NCBI RefSeq assembly: GCF_964194155.1
Contig: NC_135917.1
Location: 6,386,001-6,450,000 of the forward strand
Direction of reading: 5' to 3'
Length of the DNA stretch: 64,000 nucleotides
From: Cetorhinus maximus
Taxonomy: Eukaryota
The stretch's first letter is position 1, and each line of letters begins with the position of its first letter. The translations under genes were made by a program, and so were the position numbers. A model generated the notes under the pieces. The model saw only the letters and a program-made list of their open reading frames with translations, was not told where the DNA came from and searched no databases. Positions 22,170 through 36,748 of this stretch are shown piece by piece.

Positions 22170-24625
22170 CTGTTTATTCGTTCACGAGATGTGGGCATCG
22201 CTGGCTGGGCCAGCATTTATTGCCCATCCTTAATTCCCCTTGAGGAGGTGGTGGTGAGCTGCCTTCTTGAACCACTGCAGTCCATGTGGTAAAGGTACAC
22301 CCACAGTGCTGTTAGGGAGGGAGTTCCAGGATTTTGACCCAGCGACATTGAGGAACGGTGATATATTTCCAAGTCAGGATGGTGAGTGACTTGGAGGGGT
22401 ACTTCCAGGTGGTGGTGTTCCCATCTATCTGCTCCCCTTGTCATTCTAGATGGTAGTGTTCGTGGGTTTGGAAGATGCTGTCTAAGGAGCCTTGATGAAC
22501 TCGGTGCATTGTTTCTTGTAGATGGTACACACTGCTGCTACTGTGCGTCGGTGGTGGAAGAAGTGAATGTTTGTAGATTTGGTGCCAATCAAGCGGGCTG
22601 CTTGCCCTGGAGGGTGTCAAGCTTCTTGACCGCTGTGGGAGCTGCATTCCTCCAGGGAAGTGGGGAGTGTTCCATGACACTCCTGACTTGTGCCTTGCAG
22701 GTGGACAGGCTTCGGGAAGTCAGGAGGTGAGTTACTCATCGGTGGATTCCTAGCCTCTGACCTGCTCTTGTAGCCACAGTATTTATATGGCTGGTCCAGT
22801 TCAGTTTCTGGTCAATGGTAACCAACAGGATGTGGATAGGGGGGGATTCTGTGATGGTAATATTATTGAAAGTCAAGGGGCGATGGTTAGATTGCCTCTT
22901 GTTGCACATGGACATTGCCTGGCTTTTGTGTGGCGCGAATGTTACTCACCACTTGTCAGCCCAAGCCTGGATATTGTCCAGGCCTTGCTGAATTTAGACA
23001 TGGACTGCTTCAGTATCTTAGGAGTCACGAATGGTAATGAACATTGTGCAGTCATCAGCAACCATCCCCACTTCTGACCTTATGATGGGAGGAAGGTCAT
23101 TGATGAAGCCGCTGAAGATGCTTGGACTGAGGACACTACCCTGAGGAACTCCTGCAGAGATGTTCTGGAGTTGAGATGACTGACATCCAACAACCACAAC
23201 CATCTTCTTTTGTGCTAGGTATGACTCCAACCAGTGGAGAGTTTTATCATTAACTCCAGTTTTGCTAGGGTTCCTTGATGCCACACTCAGTCAAATGCAG
23301 CCGTGATGTCAAGGGCAGTCAGGCTCACCTCAGCTCGGGAGTTCAGCTCATTTGTCCATGTTTGAACCAAGGCTGTAATGAGGTCAGGATCTGAGTGGCC
23401 CTGGCGGAACCCAAACTAGGCATCAGTGAGCAGGTTATTGCTAAGCAAGTGCCAGTCGATTGCACTGTTCATGAACCCCTTCCATTACTTGACTGCTGAT
23501 GGAGAGTAGACTGATGGGGCGGTAATTGACCGGGTTAGATTTGTCCTGCTTTTTGTGTATCGGACATACCTGGCCAACTTTCAACATAGCTGGGTAGATG
23601 CCAGTGTTGTAGCTGTACTGGTACAGTTTGGCTAGGGGCACAGCAAGTTCTGGAGCATAAGTCTTCAGTATTATTGTCGGAATATCATCAGTGCCCTTTG
23701 CCTTTCTGCCATTTCCTGATATCACATGGAGTGAATCGAATTGGCTGGAGACTGGCATCTGTGATGTTGGGGATCTCCGGAGGAGAATGAGATGGATCAT
23801 CCACTCGGCACTTCTGGCTGAAAATTAAAGCAAATGCTTCAGCCTTATCTTATGCACTGATGTTCTGGGATCCCCCATCATTCAGGATGGGGATATTTGT
23901 GGAGCCTCCTCCTCCAGTAAGTTGTTTCATTGTGCACCCCCATTCAAGACTGGATATGGCAGGACTGCAAAGCTTAGATCTGATACGTTGGTTATGGGAC
24001 CACTTAGCTCTGTCTATCACTTGCTGCTTATGCTGTTTGGCATGCAAGTAGTCCTGTGATAAAGCTTCACCAGGTTAACAGCTCATTATTAGGTATGTCT
24101 GGTGCTGCTCCTGGCATGCCCTGTATTCTTCAATAAATCAGGGTTGATCCCCTGACTTGATAGTAATGGTAGAGTGGGGGATATGCTAGGCCATGAGGTT
24201 ACAGATTGTGTTCAAATACAATTCTGCTGCTGCTGATGGCCCACAGCACCCCATGGATGCCCAGTCTTGAGTTGCTAGATCGGTTTGAAATCTACCCCAT
24301 TTAGCATGGTGGTAGTGCCACACAACACGATGGAGGGTATCCTCAATGTGAAGATGGGACTTTTCTCCACAACGACTGTGAGGTGGTCACTTCTACTGAT
24401 ACTGTCATGGACAGATGCATCTGCGGCAGCCAGGTTGGTGAGGATGAGGTTGAGAATGTTTTTCCTACTTGTTGGTTCCCTCACCACCTGCTGCAGGGCC
24501 AGTCTAGCAGCTATGTCCTTTAGGGCTCGGCCAGCTCAGACTGTAGTGGTGCTACCGAGAAACTCTTGGTGATGGACATTGAAGTCCCCCACCCAGAGTA
24601 CATTCTGCGCCTTTGCCACCTTCAG
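22170..24625 (-). mobile_element. CR1/Jockey-group LINE (unit 2 copy, longer)
   Basis: RT motifs NYRPISLLS, GVPQGSVL and VADD, plus endonuclease-region VREPTSRKNILNLILTN. Confidence 0.9.
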
Positions 24626-25333
24626 TATCCTGATGTTTCACAAGATCATAGTCAGACATCATTTGACATGGAGCCACACGAAGCTCAGTCAAAGAGGTAG
24701 CCTTTAAAGTATTCAGTCAATGATGGTGTAGATAAAGTGGGCAATGTTCAAGGGGCCAGAGATAATATGGGATTGGAAGATCACAGTGATGAAGGGAGCT
24801 GTAAACTCTCACCCCTCTCACACAGTCTCCGCTGTGTTGTTCTGCACTGAATTCTTCAAATGTCTTCGGCTTTAAAGCTGGTCAGGGCTCCAAAGCAAGT
24901 GAGCCACTTGTAAAAGGAGCAGGTAGAGGCACCCCAACCCTACCCCAACACTGGAAAGCACAGAATGATCCCTCACTGACAGACTCTAATACTGTGAGCT
25001 GCTCTCTCCATTGACATTCATCATATCCACTGCATTTTCTGGCCTCTCAGACAGCTCCTTCACAGGGACCGTTTCAAGGCTCTTGGAGTCTCCCAGCCCC
25101 ACATCCAGCTGATGATCTACAGGTTGGGGACGGAGCTGCTACCCAAAGCCACACATTGTTGCTGACTCCAGGTTGGCCAGCGGCAGGAACTGCAGGAACC
25201 AAGTGTTGCTGCTCCGCAAAGGGACAGGTTGGGACCCGTGGCAAAGGGCGGTGACTGGTTCCTCCCCTCTCTCGGTTTCTCCATTCCCATTGCTGTTTTC
25301 TGACACCCTGACCAAGCCTCGATCCACACAGCT

Positions 25334-25340
25334 CATAAAA
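25334..25340 (+). promoter_or_regulatory. TATA-like box of keratin copy 2
   Basis: CATAAAA at the same spacing from ATG 25412. Confidence 0.7.
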
Positions 25341-25411
25341 GCAGCTGGGAGCGCCCTCAGTCCCAGCAGCCGTTCAGTTTCGCACTCCGGGTTCTCTCCA
25401 ACAACCTCAAC

Positions 25412-28400
25412 ATGTCTCGTTCAAGTTTCTCCTACAGGTCCTCAAGCGGCAGCGGCAGCGTCAGAGGATTGAGCGGAACGGGAGGCAGATTATCCTCCGC
25501 ACGGATTGTGAGCAGCAGCAGCAGCGGCGGCGGGAGTGCCTACCCCTTCCAGGGGAGAGCACAGAGTTTGATCCTAGGTCAATCACGGAGAATATCGGCC
25601 CCGCTCCTCAGGAGCTCAGGTTATGGGGCGAGTTCGGGGTTTAGCAGCGGCTACTCGGGGGGGCTGATCCAGAAATCCACTAACATTGACCTCAACAGCC
25701 CTCTCCCTCAAAATGACACCACCCTGCAGAGTGTCCGCTTGGAGGAGAGCAGACAGATCAAGGGGCTCAACAACCAGTTTGTCAAATTCATTGACCAGGT
25801 AAAGTTCCGAGCTGTCCAGGCGGCCGTGTCTGGAAGCCAGTCTTCTGTGTCTTTTCTCAATGACTTGGTGTGTCTCCAGAAATGTCTCTTCTCACTTTGC
25901 AGCCCATTCCCTTCCGATGTAACTGTGTCTTCATTTTACACCGGCAGGTTCGTTACCTGGAGCAGGTCAATAAGAAACTGGAGGTCAAACTCAATCTCCT
26001 GAAAGAACAAGGAGATTACAAATCCAACATCGACAGCATGTTCCAGACTTACATCGACAACCTGAAAAGACAACTGGAAACACTGGGGCAGGAGAAACTC
26101 AGGTTCGAGGCCGATCTTGTCCAAATGCAAGGTCTGGTTGAAGACTTCAAGGGCAAGTAAGTGCGCTGCTGCTGCTGGATTTGGGCACGTTTTTCTCCCT
26201 ATCCCTTGTCGTGTGTGAACGAGACAAAGTCCCAGTTTGACATTAGGACCACTTTGACAGATTGATCAGGAGCTGGCAAAATGACAGCTGGAGAAATAAT
26301 CCTCAGGATGGTCATGTAGACTAAACTGCAGGAGTGAGGGGAAATGCCTGTACTCGTCCCCGTCACATTACTGGCTGCTGAGTCCGCTGTTTTCCCACTG
26401 GGATCCAGCTGGTTGCCGCATTTGGCATCAGTCGCCCTGCGTTGTGGAGATGGAAACATCAGTCAGCGCCCCCGGTCCCTGTAGGGTCACTTCTCCGGGA
26501 CGGGGAAGTGTCCGACTGTGGGCATCTGGGCTGCGGACGATAGGACGGAGCAAGTAGCTGGGTCTGGAGGAGCTGTTTGCTGAACGAATCTGTTGGAAAG
26601 GTGGAGGAGCCTCCCAGAGCTGTGAAGGTCAGGGAGAAGGATGAGTGAATTGGGGTAATGGGGTGGGGTGGGGAGTTAGTGGGTTGGGTAAACTCGAGCT
26701 GCAGGGAAAGGTGATTATCTGGAGAGATATTTGATAAATAGGCAATGTAATGGCAACTGGGCAGTAAGATTGATTTCCACAGGATTCTCAGTCAAATAAT
26801 CTGCTTCATTCCAGATACGAAGATGAAATTAACAAGCGCACGGAAATGGAGAATGAGTTTGTCCTGGTCAAGAAGGTAAGGTGACTCTATATATATATAT
26901 ATATCTGTGTGCAGGCCGACAGCAAACGGCTCCCTTGAGAGAGTTTTTCAAAGTACTTTGTCCCTCTCCTCTTTAGGACGTGGATGACTCCTACATGAGC
27001 AAAGTAGAGCTGGAAGCTAAACTGGAAAGCCTGACCGATGAAATCGACTTCCTCCGATCAATCTTTGAAGAGGTAACAATGTGACATGGCCCAGCAATTG
27101 TCCTCTGCTGTTGAATCTAATCCAGTGTAATCCAATGCAGCTAGAAAGTTTGCAATCACTTTTCAATCTTTTCTCCCGCCGATCTTTAGGAAATCCGTGA
27201 GCTGCAGGCACAGATTCAGAACACATCTGTCAGCGTGCAACTGGACAGTGGACCCAAACTGGACATCGAACAACTCATTGCTGAAGCCAAAATTCAGTAT
27301 GAAAACATGGCCAATCAGAGCCGTAAAGAAGCGGAGATTTGGAAACAGACTAAGGTTAAGATCCCAATCCTCATGTCCCACATGGATTGATAGATCTGCA
27401 GTCCGTGCTGAAGTGTGAAATCTTTTGCTAACTCCGTGTCAATGTTTCATTGTAGATGCAGGAACTGAGCATGTCGTCTGGACAATATGGGGATGAGCTC
27501 CGTATGACTAAGGATGAGATTAAACAGATGAATCAGCGAATCCGTGCACTGAATAATGATATTGAGAGTCTGAGAAACGAGGTAGGCAAAGAAGTGAAAG
27601 CAACATGATAATGGGAACAAGTGAATCATTGTTGTGAATGGCGCTTTGTCTTTCTGGGTGTGTCTCATTCTCTCCCCCATCCTACCCCATCCAAAAGAAC
27701 AATTGGACAAGAAGTGGTGGCGGGATCAGTGCAATCTTGCCTATTTCTGCCAGTCTTGCTCTCTCACTGATGGTAAGTTTCCGATACTGGTAAGGAAACA
27801 TTCCAATGTGAATCCCTTGCCAGCCTGCAGTGCACACGACACTGCTGTTCCCAATTCATTGTCATGATGCCACCAGCAAACACATCTTCCCTTCACCCCC
27901 TGCCTTTACCCAGGACTCGCTTTGAGCGCTGTTCTGATGCACAAAGTGTCGATGGAAGTGACCATGTTAATATTTGTGTTACTTAGCGTCTCAAACTGGA
28001 GGCTTTAATCAAAGAATCCGAGGAACGCGGCGAGCTGTCACTCAGAGGTGCAAAGGATAGGATTGAAGACCTGAAAAGTGCCCTGGCCAATGCACAACAA
28101 CAGCTGATGAAACAAGTCCAGGAATATGAGGCGCTGCTGCAAGTCAAGTTATATCTGGATGTTGAAATTTCCACCTACAAGTCTCTGCTGGAGGGAGAGG
28201 AGGAAAGGTAGGATATGGGGCAGTTACAAACTCCAGCCATCACACTGAGCACAGTGCATCATTTTATCTAGTGGCAGATTCCAATCTGTACTTGTGCTTT
28301 ATTGATATCTGTTGATGGAATGAAGTGCAGGAACTCAGAGTGCCAGGGTATTCTACAAGAACTTTGGTTTAAAAGCTGCTTGGTATCTAAGGAGACACAA

Positions 28401-30919
28401 ACATCACACTCACTCTCAGAATGAATCCCTGGCCTGTGAATCATTTCATCGAGATAAACCAGTAAAGTTCTCCTGATGTCTCACTGGGTGTGGGCATTGT
28501 GGAACTGAGCTATACCGAGCAGAAGCTGAACCAGATCGGTGGTTGGGGCGTCCAGTTGGGCTGTGGGTCACAAGCAATGGGGGGTTAAAGCAGCCCAGGA
28601 GCCTGTTCCTGAATGCTATGCAGTGTGTTCTGCTTGAAGGTCTGGATCTCTCTGCCCCATGACCAAATGGCCTGCTGCCATTTGCAGCCTGTGGCCATAC
28701 ATGAAGAATGGGCACTTTGGGCGAGGGTCTGGAGGGTGACTGTGCCCATTCGACGCTGAACCCCAGCAGATGCTGGTGTTCCTGGGAGAGGGAGAAAATT
28801 GGTCAACTCAAGAGAAATCTGACTGTAAATATGCTGCAAATACCTGCTGTAACATGATTGTGTTTCCATTATCAACAGGATGATAAGTGGGGTAAAAACC
28901 CTTAACATCCAGCAAGTACAGAACCAAGGTAAGAGAATTCCTAATTGCTAGTTTGAAGTAAGAATTCCGGGAGGAAGAGCTAGAAATCCAAAACAAAATG
29001 TGAAATTCTGTCATTTTCATTTGTTGAGAAGCGAATAGACAGGTTGTCATTTCAGCTCCCAGTGTGTGTGTTCTGAAGAAGGATCTATACGGTGCTTCCC
29101 AAACCTTAACCTCTCTTTGTTAAGTTCCCAGAGGCTGATAGAATGGTTTTGTATTTCCATATTTCAGATCTCACTTTAGTCATGCATAACTGTAAATAAT
29201 GTCTCTGTGTTTAACGATGAGATCAATAGGTGTTCAATGTAAGTAATTCTAATACTGCTGACTACACAACTTGCCCTTCTGACCCCCATGCTGGCTGATA
29301 ACGTTTAATGATTCCTTCTCCTCTAGTACTGTCCCCCTCCAGTTCAAGTAAACCACCATCACCCCCACCACATAAATCCCACATTTCACCCTTTGTTCCT
29401 GCAAACTGCTGCCCCATCTCCAACCTTGCTTTTCTCTTAAAGTCCTTGAATGTGTTGCTGCCTCCCAAAGCGGGGCCCATCTCTTCTGCAACTCTATGCT
29501 CCATCCTCCTTAATCTGCTTTCTGCCCCTCTAAAAGCACTGAAACAGTCCTTATCTAAGTCTCAAAAGACATCCAATGTGACTGTGACCACAGTAACATA
29601 TATCTCCTCATCCTTTTCTATCTGTCTGCAGCCATAGACATGTTTGACCACAGCAGTGTTCCTTCAGTACCTCTTTTGCTATGTCCACTGGTTGGGCCTG
29701 TGATTTAACATGGCGATGACCAAAGCCATTACCTTTGATCACAGCCACAAGCTACGTTCGCTATTCAAGAAATGCACCTCCTCCGTGGCCACTGCCTGAG
29801 GCTGAACCAGATATTCGCAACCTTGGTGTCGGACTGGACCCTGAGGTCTGCTTCTGAACCCATAGCCACTCCAACACCAAGACCACACACTTCCATCTCC
29901 GTAATATCATCATTCTCCACAACTGCCTCAGCTCATCGAATGCTGAAACCCACACTCATGCCTTTGTCACTTCCAGACTCAAATATTCCAATGTTCTCAT
30001 GGCCAGCAACCCTAACCCCACCCTCCATAAACTCCAGCTCATCCAAAGTTCCGCTGCCCATAGCCTAACCTGCACCAAGTCCTGTTCACCCTTTGTGCTC
30101 ACCGATCTACACTTGCTCCAAAGTTGGCAACGTCTTGAACTGAGCATTCTCATCCTTGTGCTCAAGTTCCCCCAGGGCATCATCCCTTTCCGTCTCTGTA
30201 ACTTCTTCCAGCTTTACAATGCCCCGCGATCTCTGTGCTCCTGCAGTACTGGCCTCTTCCACATCCCTGATTTACATCACCCCACCAGGGGCGGCCACAC
30301 TTTCAGTAACCAAGACTCAAAGTTTAGGAATTCCCTCCCTGAACCAGTCCTCCTCTCTACCTCTCTGCCTCCTCCTTTATGAGCTATATGTTTGAGCAAG
30401 CTTTTCATCGCCATCCTCATATGTGGCCTGGTGTCAAATATTTGTTTGAAAAAGTTCCTGGAAAGCACCTTGGGACATTTTACTGTGTTAAAGGTGCTAT
30501 AAAAATGCAAATTACTCTTCTTGTTGCACTTGTTCTTTGAATTCCAAATGTCCTTTAGGGAAGGAAATCTGCCATCCTTACCAGGACAGGCCCAAATGTT
30601 ACTCCAGACCCACAGCAATGTGGTTGACTCTGAACTGCCTTCAGCAATGGCCAAGCAAGCCACTCAGTTCAAGGGCAATTAGGGATGGGCCGTGATGCCC
30701 ACACCCCACGAAAGAATAAAGAAAAGAAAGTGTAAGACCCAGATTATAAGAGGGTGTTTTTTTTCCTCTTTTACAGGTAATTTTCAGCAGTTCCGTGACA
30801 TGAGTAGCGGATTAGAAAGTTCTCTCGGTTTAGGAGGCTCTGGTAGTGGCAGAAGTAGTCAAACGGTGACTGTGAAATCAGTGGAGCAAAGCCGTGGTGG
30901 ATATCTTTCTTCATATTGA
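25412..30919 (+). CDS. Type II cytoskeletal keratin (keratin-8-like), copy 2; 9 exons, 485 aa, tail exon 9A
   Basis: join(25412-25798,25948-26156,26815-26875,26977-27072,27190-27354,27456-27581,27987-28207,28879-28928,30777-30919). GT-AG introns, open frame, near-identical to copy 1. Confidence 0.95.
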
Positions 30920-31113
30920 ATCATCGAGGGATAAACTAATGCCAGCGGACTCTCTTACCAGCCCACTGAGTTGATTGTCCGAGCTCTATATCCTCTTATT
31001 TCTTGGAACCTTTAAAATGGGAAATATCCCAAAGTTTTCGGTGCTGAACTCTGTTTCAATATTCTCTACCATTGTGTATCGGGATCTGCATTTTATGACA
31101 TTCCTATTATATG

Positions 31114-31134
31114 AATAAACTTCTAATCAATAAA
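31114..31134 (+). terminator. Tandem polyadenylation signals, copy 2
   Basis: AATAAA at 31114-31119 and 31129-31134. Confidence 0.75.
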
Positions 31135-33884
31135 TCCGGACTGCTTTTTATTTCAGCACAATATGAAGTTAGTGGAAAAAAGAAGTTTCATCCATTCTTT
31201 TGAAATTGAAGATCTTTCAATTTTTATAACATTAAGTTTGGAGCAATATTGTGAAACATAGAAAGACTAGTTTGTGTATTCCACATAAGGAACACAGCAC
31301 ACCATCATTGAAACCAGTCAGTGAATCATATAGATACAGCAAAGTTTAGCAACAATTCAAATAATTTATCTGCAGCTCCTTCTCCTCCAGCAATTTATCA
31401 CTTTTTTCTATCAGCTGAGAATACAAGCACTGGACATAGGTTATATTGGAATCTCCACAATGGAGTTTGTATATCATAAAGGCAGCCCACCTCATAGCGA
31501 TGTGATAGTGGGAGATATGTTGGGTTAGAACACTTGTCCTGGGCTATGTTGAAATATAGACCAGAGTGATTAAGGAAAGTATCCTCCATCTATTGAGTGT
31601 AAGTGTTGTACAGAAATTGATTTTGTGCAGTCTCTTACCCATTCCCAGTTAGTGTGGGACTACGGTACGATGTGGTCCCTAATTTGTAGTGCAGCCTCAC
31701 TCAGACAGGTCACAGGATAGCTCGCGTGGGGAATGGAAAAATACCATACAGATGTAATAATGCCTGCGGAACTGAGGCGTACTTCTGGACCCAAGAAGAG
31801 GAGCTCTTGTCTGGACCACGTTAGGCTTCCCAAACTCAATTGGTCTTGTTCAACATTGAATTTGCAATCAAAATGGAAAGTGTTCCATTCCTCAGCGGTA
31901 CAGCTGTTTAGGTTAACCAACAGTAAAACTTGGGATCCAGAAGGAATGCTTCTGTGTAAAGACAAATATCCCTCTGATGTAATAAGAACAATATAATACT
32001 TTGAGTATTGGTGTAAAAAGAGACACGCAGTCAAAGCTTTCCATCTTGCACTCATCAGGACAGAATCGCAACATACCAAATTTGAAAGGGAACACAAGGA
32101 GTCTACTTGCCAACCAATCAACATCCTTTTTTCATGTAGGAGATATTGTTGTTTCCTTTGGAGACTCTGCACCCTCTCCAAGGCCAATATATCCTTCCTG
32201 AGGTTCAATCCCTAAAACCCAACACAATGTTCTAAATGAAAAGCAAAATACTGTGGATGCTGGAGATCTGAAATAAAAACAAAGTGCTGTAAAAACTCAG
32301 CATCTCTGGCAGCATCTGTGGCGAGAGAAACAGAATTCAGAGTCATATTGGTGTCGAAATGTTAACTCTGTTTCTCTCTCCACAGTTGATGTCAGCCCTG
32401 CTGAGTTTTTCCAGCACTTTCTGTGACAATATTCTAAATTTTGTCTTCCCGCAGGTAATATAACTTGTATCCCTTTGTATTTCAGCACTCTTGTGAGAGA
32501 GGCCAACATTACATTCACTTTTCCAATTATTATTTCCACATGCCCACTTTTAGCTTTTAGTAATTGACAAGAGGTAGGAGACTCATAAACATACATAATT
32601 CATAATTGAAAGATACATTTAGCACCCTGTATGCAATCTTACCGGTATTACACAGGTCAGAAAGGTTGAGCGCAGTCAAGATTGGGCGCTATCTGATCAG
32701 TGTGTTGAAACTAAAGGAGACCCAATCTGTACAAAGCTGCAACACCCACAAGTCTCTCCTTTCACTTCATATGCTTGGCTCCGATTCAGTGATCACTCTT
32801 TAAGCTGGACTGTGTTTTTGACATTCCTTGAAAACTAACAAGTATCTGTCCATGGACGCTGCACTTGATTGGAGTGGAGAGGAGGAGGAGGAGAAGGAAA
32901 AAGAGCAGCAGAAGCAATGGCATCCTGTTGCAGGAATTGCAGGAAGGCTGCTGGAAGATGCAGCACCAGAGGGGCAGGCACGCAGCAGTCCTTACCCAGC
33001 TCCCACTGTGTACAGACAGAGACTCAGCTTCCTTCAGCTGTACAAGGAGCAGTGTTTCAGGATGCTCCCATTGTCAAGGCAGCTGGTCACGGACCTCTGC
33101 AGCCTCACCCTATGGGGAGATGGTGGGGCAGTGGTAATGTCAGTGGGCTAGTGATTCAGAAACCCAGGTGAATATTCTGTGGCCGTGTGTTCAAATCCCA
33201 CCATGGCAGCTGGTGGAATTTCAATTCAATTAAAAAATCTGGAATATAAAACTAATCTCAGTAATAATGACTGTGACAGCTATTATAGATTGTTGTAAAA
33301 TCCCATCTTGTTCATTAATGCTAATTAGGGAGGGAAATCTACCATCCATGCCTTGTCTGGCTGATATGTGAGTTTGGAACCACAGAAATGTGATTGACTC
33401 TTAATTGCTGTCTGAAATGCTGTGGCTGGGCAGTTAGGGATGGAGAACAACTGCTGGCCTTGTCAGTGATGTCCAGATCCTGTGAAAAAATAAATGTTAT
33501 AAAGAGACAGGAAAATAAAACAATTGCACCCAACAGGTTAAGGATATTGAAAGAACAATCTGAACTGAATTCTGACAAGTCCCCAGCACCTGATGGACTT
33601 CATCCGAGATTATTCAAAGAATTGGCTGCTGAGATAGTCGATGCATTGGTTGTAATTTTCCCCTGATTATGGAAATGTCCCATCAGATTGGAAAATAGCG
33701 AGTACAACTCCTCTGTTCAAGTAAGGAGGAAGCACAGAAAGCAGGACACTACAGGCCAGTTAGTCAGACATCTGTCATGGGGAAAATACCAGAATTTATT
33801 GTAAGGGAGGTTATAGCACGGCACTTAGAAAATTGTATTTTAGTTCCTTGAGGAAGGAACATGAATCGGAACGTAGGAAAAACA

Positions 33885-34308
33885 GAGGAATATAGAAGGT
33901 GGAGGAGGTCATTTGGTTCCCTCAAACCTGCTCCGCCATTTAACTTGATCGTGGCTGATCTTTTACCTCAACACCATCTTCCCACACTGTCCCTGTATCC
34001 CTTGATGTCATTGGTATCTCGAAATCTATCCACCTCTGTTTTGAACATACTCAATGACTGAGCTTCCACAGCTCTCTGGGTGAGAGAGTTACAAAGATTC
34101 ACCACCCTCTGAGTGAAGAAATTCCTCCTCATCTCAGTCTTAAATGGCCTACCTCATATTCTGAGACTGTGTGCCCTGGTTCCAAAAGCCCCCAACCAGG
34201 GGAAATATCCTTCCTGCATCCACCCTGTTGACCTGTGTAAGAATTTTGTACACTTCAATGAGCTCACCTCTCATTCTTCTAAACTGTAGAGATTACAGGC
34301 CCAATGTC
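33885..34308 (-). mobile_element. CR1 3' end, truncated by a unit-3-specific deletion
   Basis: Paralog of 1310-1732, joined directly to sequence homologous to 5175 onward. Confidence 0.75.
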
Positions 34309-34849
34309 AAGCGTTTGTTTGACAGACCTCCCATTGAAACTTGCTGAGAAATCAGTTCAGGATGAAGCATCGGCAGACAATGTGCCAAGGACCCGTCTTT
34401 GGGCAGAGCACTCATGAATGAATTAAATTCCTACAACACTACAAGCAACCAGTTTGCAGGGATTAGGAATATTGCTTCTCCCAATTATCCATGCACAATG
34501 TAGTCACTTTGGATTTATCAAAAATGGGCACTCTTTGCCATTTCAATCCTTTTTTTGAAAAATATTTATTCCCCAAATTTCGCATTCTTAAACTTCACAC
34601 TGGATGCAAAAATACGGACCAGGGACCCTGGTGAGTTTCCACATTCAAACAGCTGGTGGAGCCCTTGGGACACAGCAGCCAGAGACTGCAATGCTCCTGA
34701 ACAGTGGATTCTTTCAAGGGGCTCTCACACTCTTCTGCTATCTGTATTCTTTCAACCTGAAAGAGCACAAAACTAGTTTAATCCTCGAACGCTTTTTGTC
34801 CAGGGAACTTGGTTACAGACAACAAACTTGAATTAATGTGTATAGATTT

Positions 34850-36748
34850 CTTTTTATTCGTTCACGAGATGTGGGATTCCCTGGTTGGGCCAGCATTTAT
34901 TGCCCATCCCTAATTGCACTTGAGAAGGTGGTGGTGAGCTGCCTTCTTGAATCACTGCAGTCCATGTTGTGTAGGTACACCCACAGTGCTGTTAGAGAGG
35001 GAGTTCCAGGATTTTGACCCAGCGACATTGAGGAATGGCGATATATTTCCAAGTCAGGATGGTGAGTGACTTGGAGGGGAACTTCCAGCTGATAGTGTTC
35101 CCATCTATCTGCTGCCCTTGTCGTTCTAGATGGTTGTGGTCGTGGGTTTGGAAGATGCTGTCTAAAGAGCCTTGATGAACTCGATGCAGTGTATCTTGTA
35201 GATTGTACACGCTGCTGCCACTGTGCGCCAGCGGTGGAGGGAGTGAATGTTTGTGGATGTGGTGCCAATCAAGCGGGCTGCTTGCCCTGGAGGGTGTCAA
35301 GTTTCTTGGGCGTTGTGGGAGCTGCACTCCACCAGGGAAGTGGGGAGTATTCCACGACACTCCTGAATTGTGCCTTGTAGATGGTGGACAAGCTTCGGGA
35401 AGTCAGGAGGTGAGATACTCATCGTTGGATTACTAGCCTCTGACCTGCTCTTGTAGCCACAGTATTTATATGGCTGGTCCAGTTCAGTTTCTGGTCAATG
35501 GTAACCAACAGGATGTGGATAGTGGGGGATTCAGTGATGGTAATATTATTGAAAGTCAAGGGGCGATGGTTAGATTGCCTCTTGTTGCACATGGACATTG
35601 CCTGGCTTTTGTGTGGCGCGAAAGTTACTCGTTACTCATCAGCCCAAGCCTGGATATTGTCCAGGCCTTGCAGCATTTGGACATGGACTGCTTCAGTATC
35701 CGAGGAGTCCTGAATGGTGCTGAACATTGTGCAGTCATCAGCAAACATCCCCACTACTGACCTTATGATGGGAGGAAGGTCATTGATGAAGCAGCTGAAG
35801 ATGGTTAGCCTGAGGACACGACCCTGAGGAACTCCTGCAGTGATGTTCTGGAGCTGAGATGACTGACATCCAATTACCACAACCATCTTGCTTTGTGCTA
35901 GGTATGACTCCAACCAGTGGAGTGTTTTCCCATTGACTCCAGTTTTACTAGGGTTCTTTGATGCCACACGCGGTCAAATGCAGCCGTGATGTCAAGGGCA
36001 ATCAGTCTCACCTCAGCACGGGAGTTCAGCTCATTTGTCCATGTTTGAACCAAGGCTGTAATGAGGTCAGGAGCTGAGTGGCCCTGGCGGAACCCAGACT
36101 GGGCATCAGTGAGCAGGTTATTGCTAAGCAAGTGCCTCTTGATAGCACTGTTCATGAACCCCTTCCATTACTTGACTGATGACAGAGAGTAGACTGATTG
36201 GGCGGTATTGGCCGGGTTGGATTTGTCCTGCTTTTTGTGTATTGGACATACCTGGCCAATTTTCAGCATAGCAGGGTAGATGCCAGTGTTGTAGCTGTAC
36301 TGGTACAGTTTGGCTAGGGGCGTGGCAAGTTCTGGCACAAGTTCAGTATTATTGTCGGAATATTGTCAGGGCCCTTTGCCTTTGCTCTATCCAGTGCCAT
36401 CTGCCATTACCAGATATCACGTGGAGTCAGTCGAATTGGCTGGAGTGCCACACAACACGATGGAGGGTATCCTCAATGTGACTTTGTCTCCACAACGACT
36501 GTGAGTTGGTCACTCCTACTGATACTGTCATGGACAGATGTGTCTGCAGCAGCCAGGTTGGGGAGGATGAGGTCGAGAAAGTTTTTCCTTCTTCTTGGTT
36601 CCCTCACCACCTGGCGCAGACCCAGTCTAGCAGCTATGTCCTTTAGGGTGCGGCCAGCTCAGTCTGTAGTGGTGCTACCGAGCCGCTCTTGGTGATGGAC
36701 ATTGAAGTCCCCCACCCAGAGTGCATTCTGTGCCTTTGCCACCCTCAG
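34850..36748 (-). mobile_element. CR1/Jockey-group LINE (unit 3 copy)
   Basis: ALDITAAFDRVWH, GVPQG and MFADD; same internal deletion as unit 1. Confidence 0.9.

Noticed and set aside
31660-32208. 182-aa minus ORF and the overlapping 87-aa plus ORF repeated between units
   Set aside because: The ORF starts in a CR1 remnant (LRKDILALERVQ), has no recognisable domain, differs in length between units and is interrupted by the LTR in unit 1. Recurrence reflects only the duplication.
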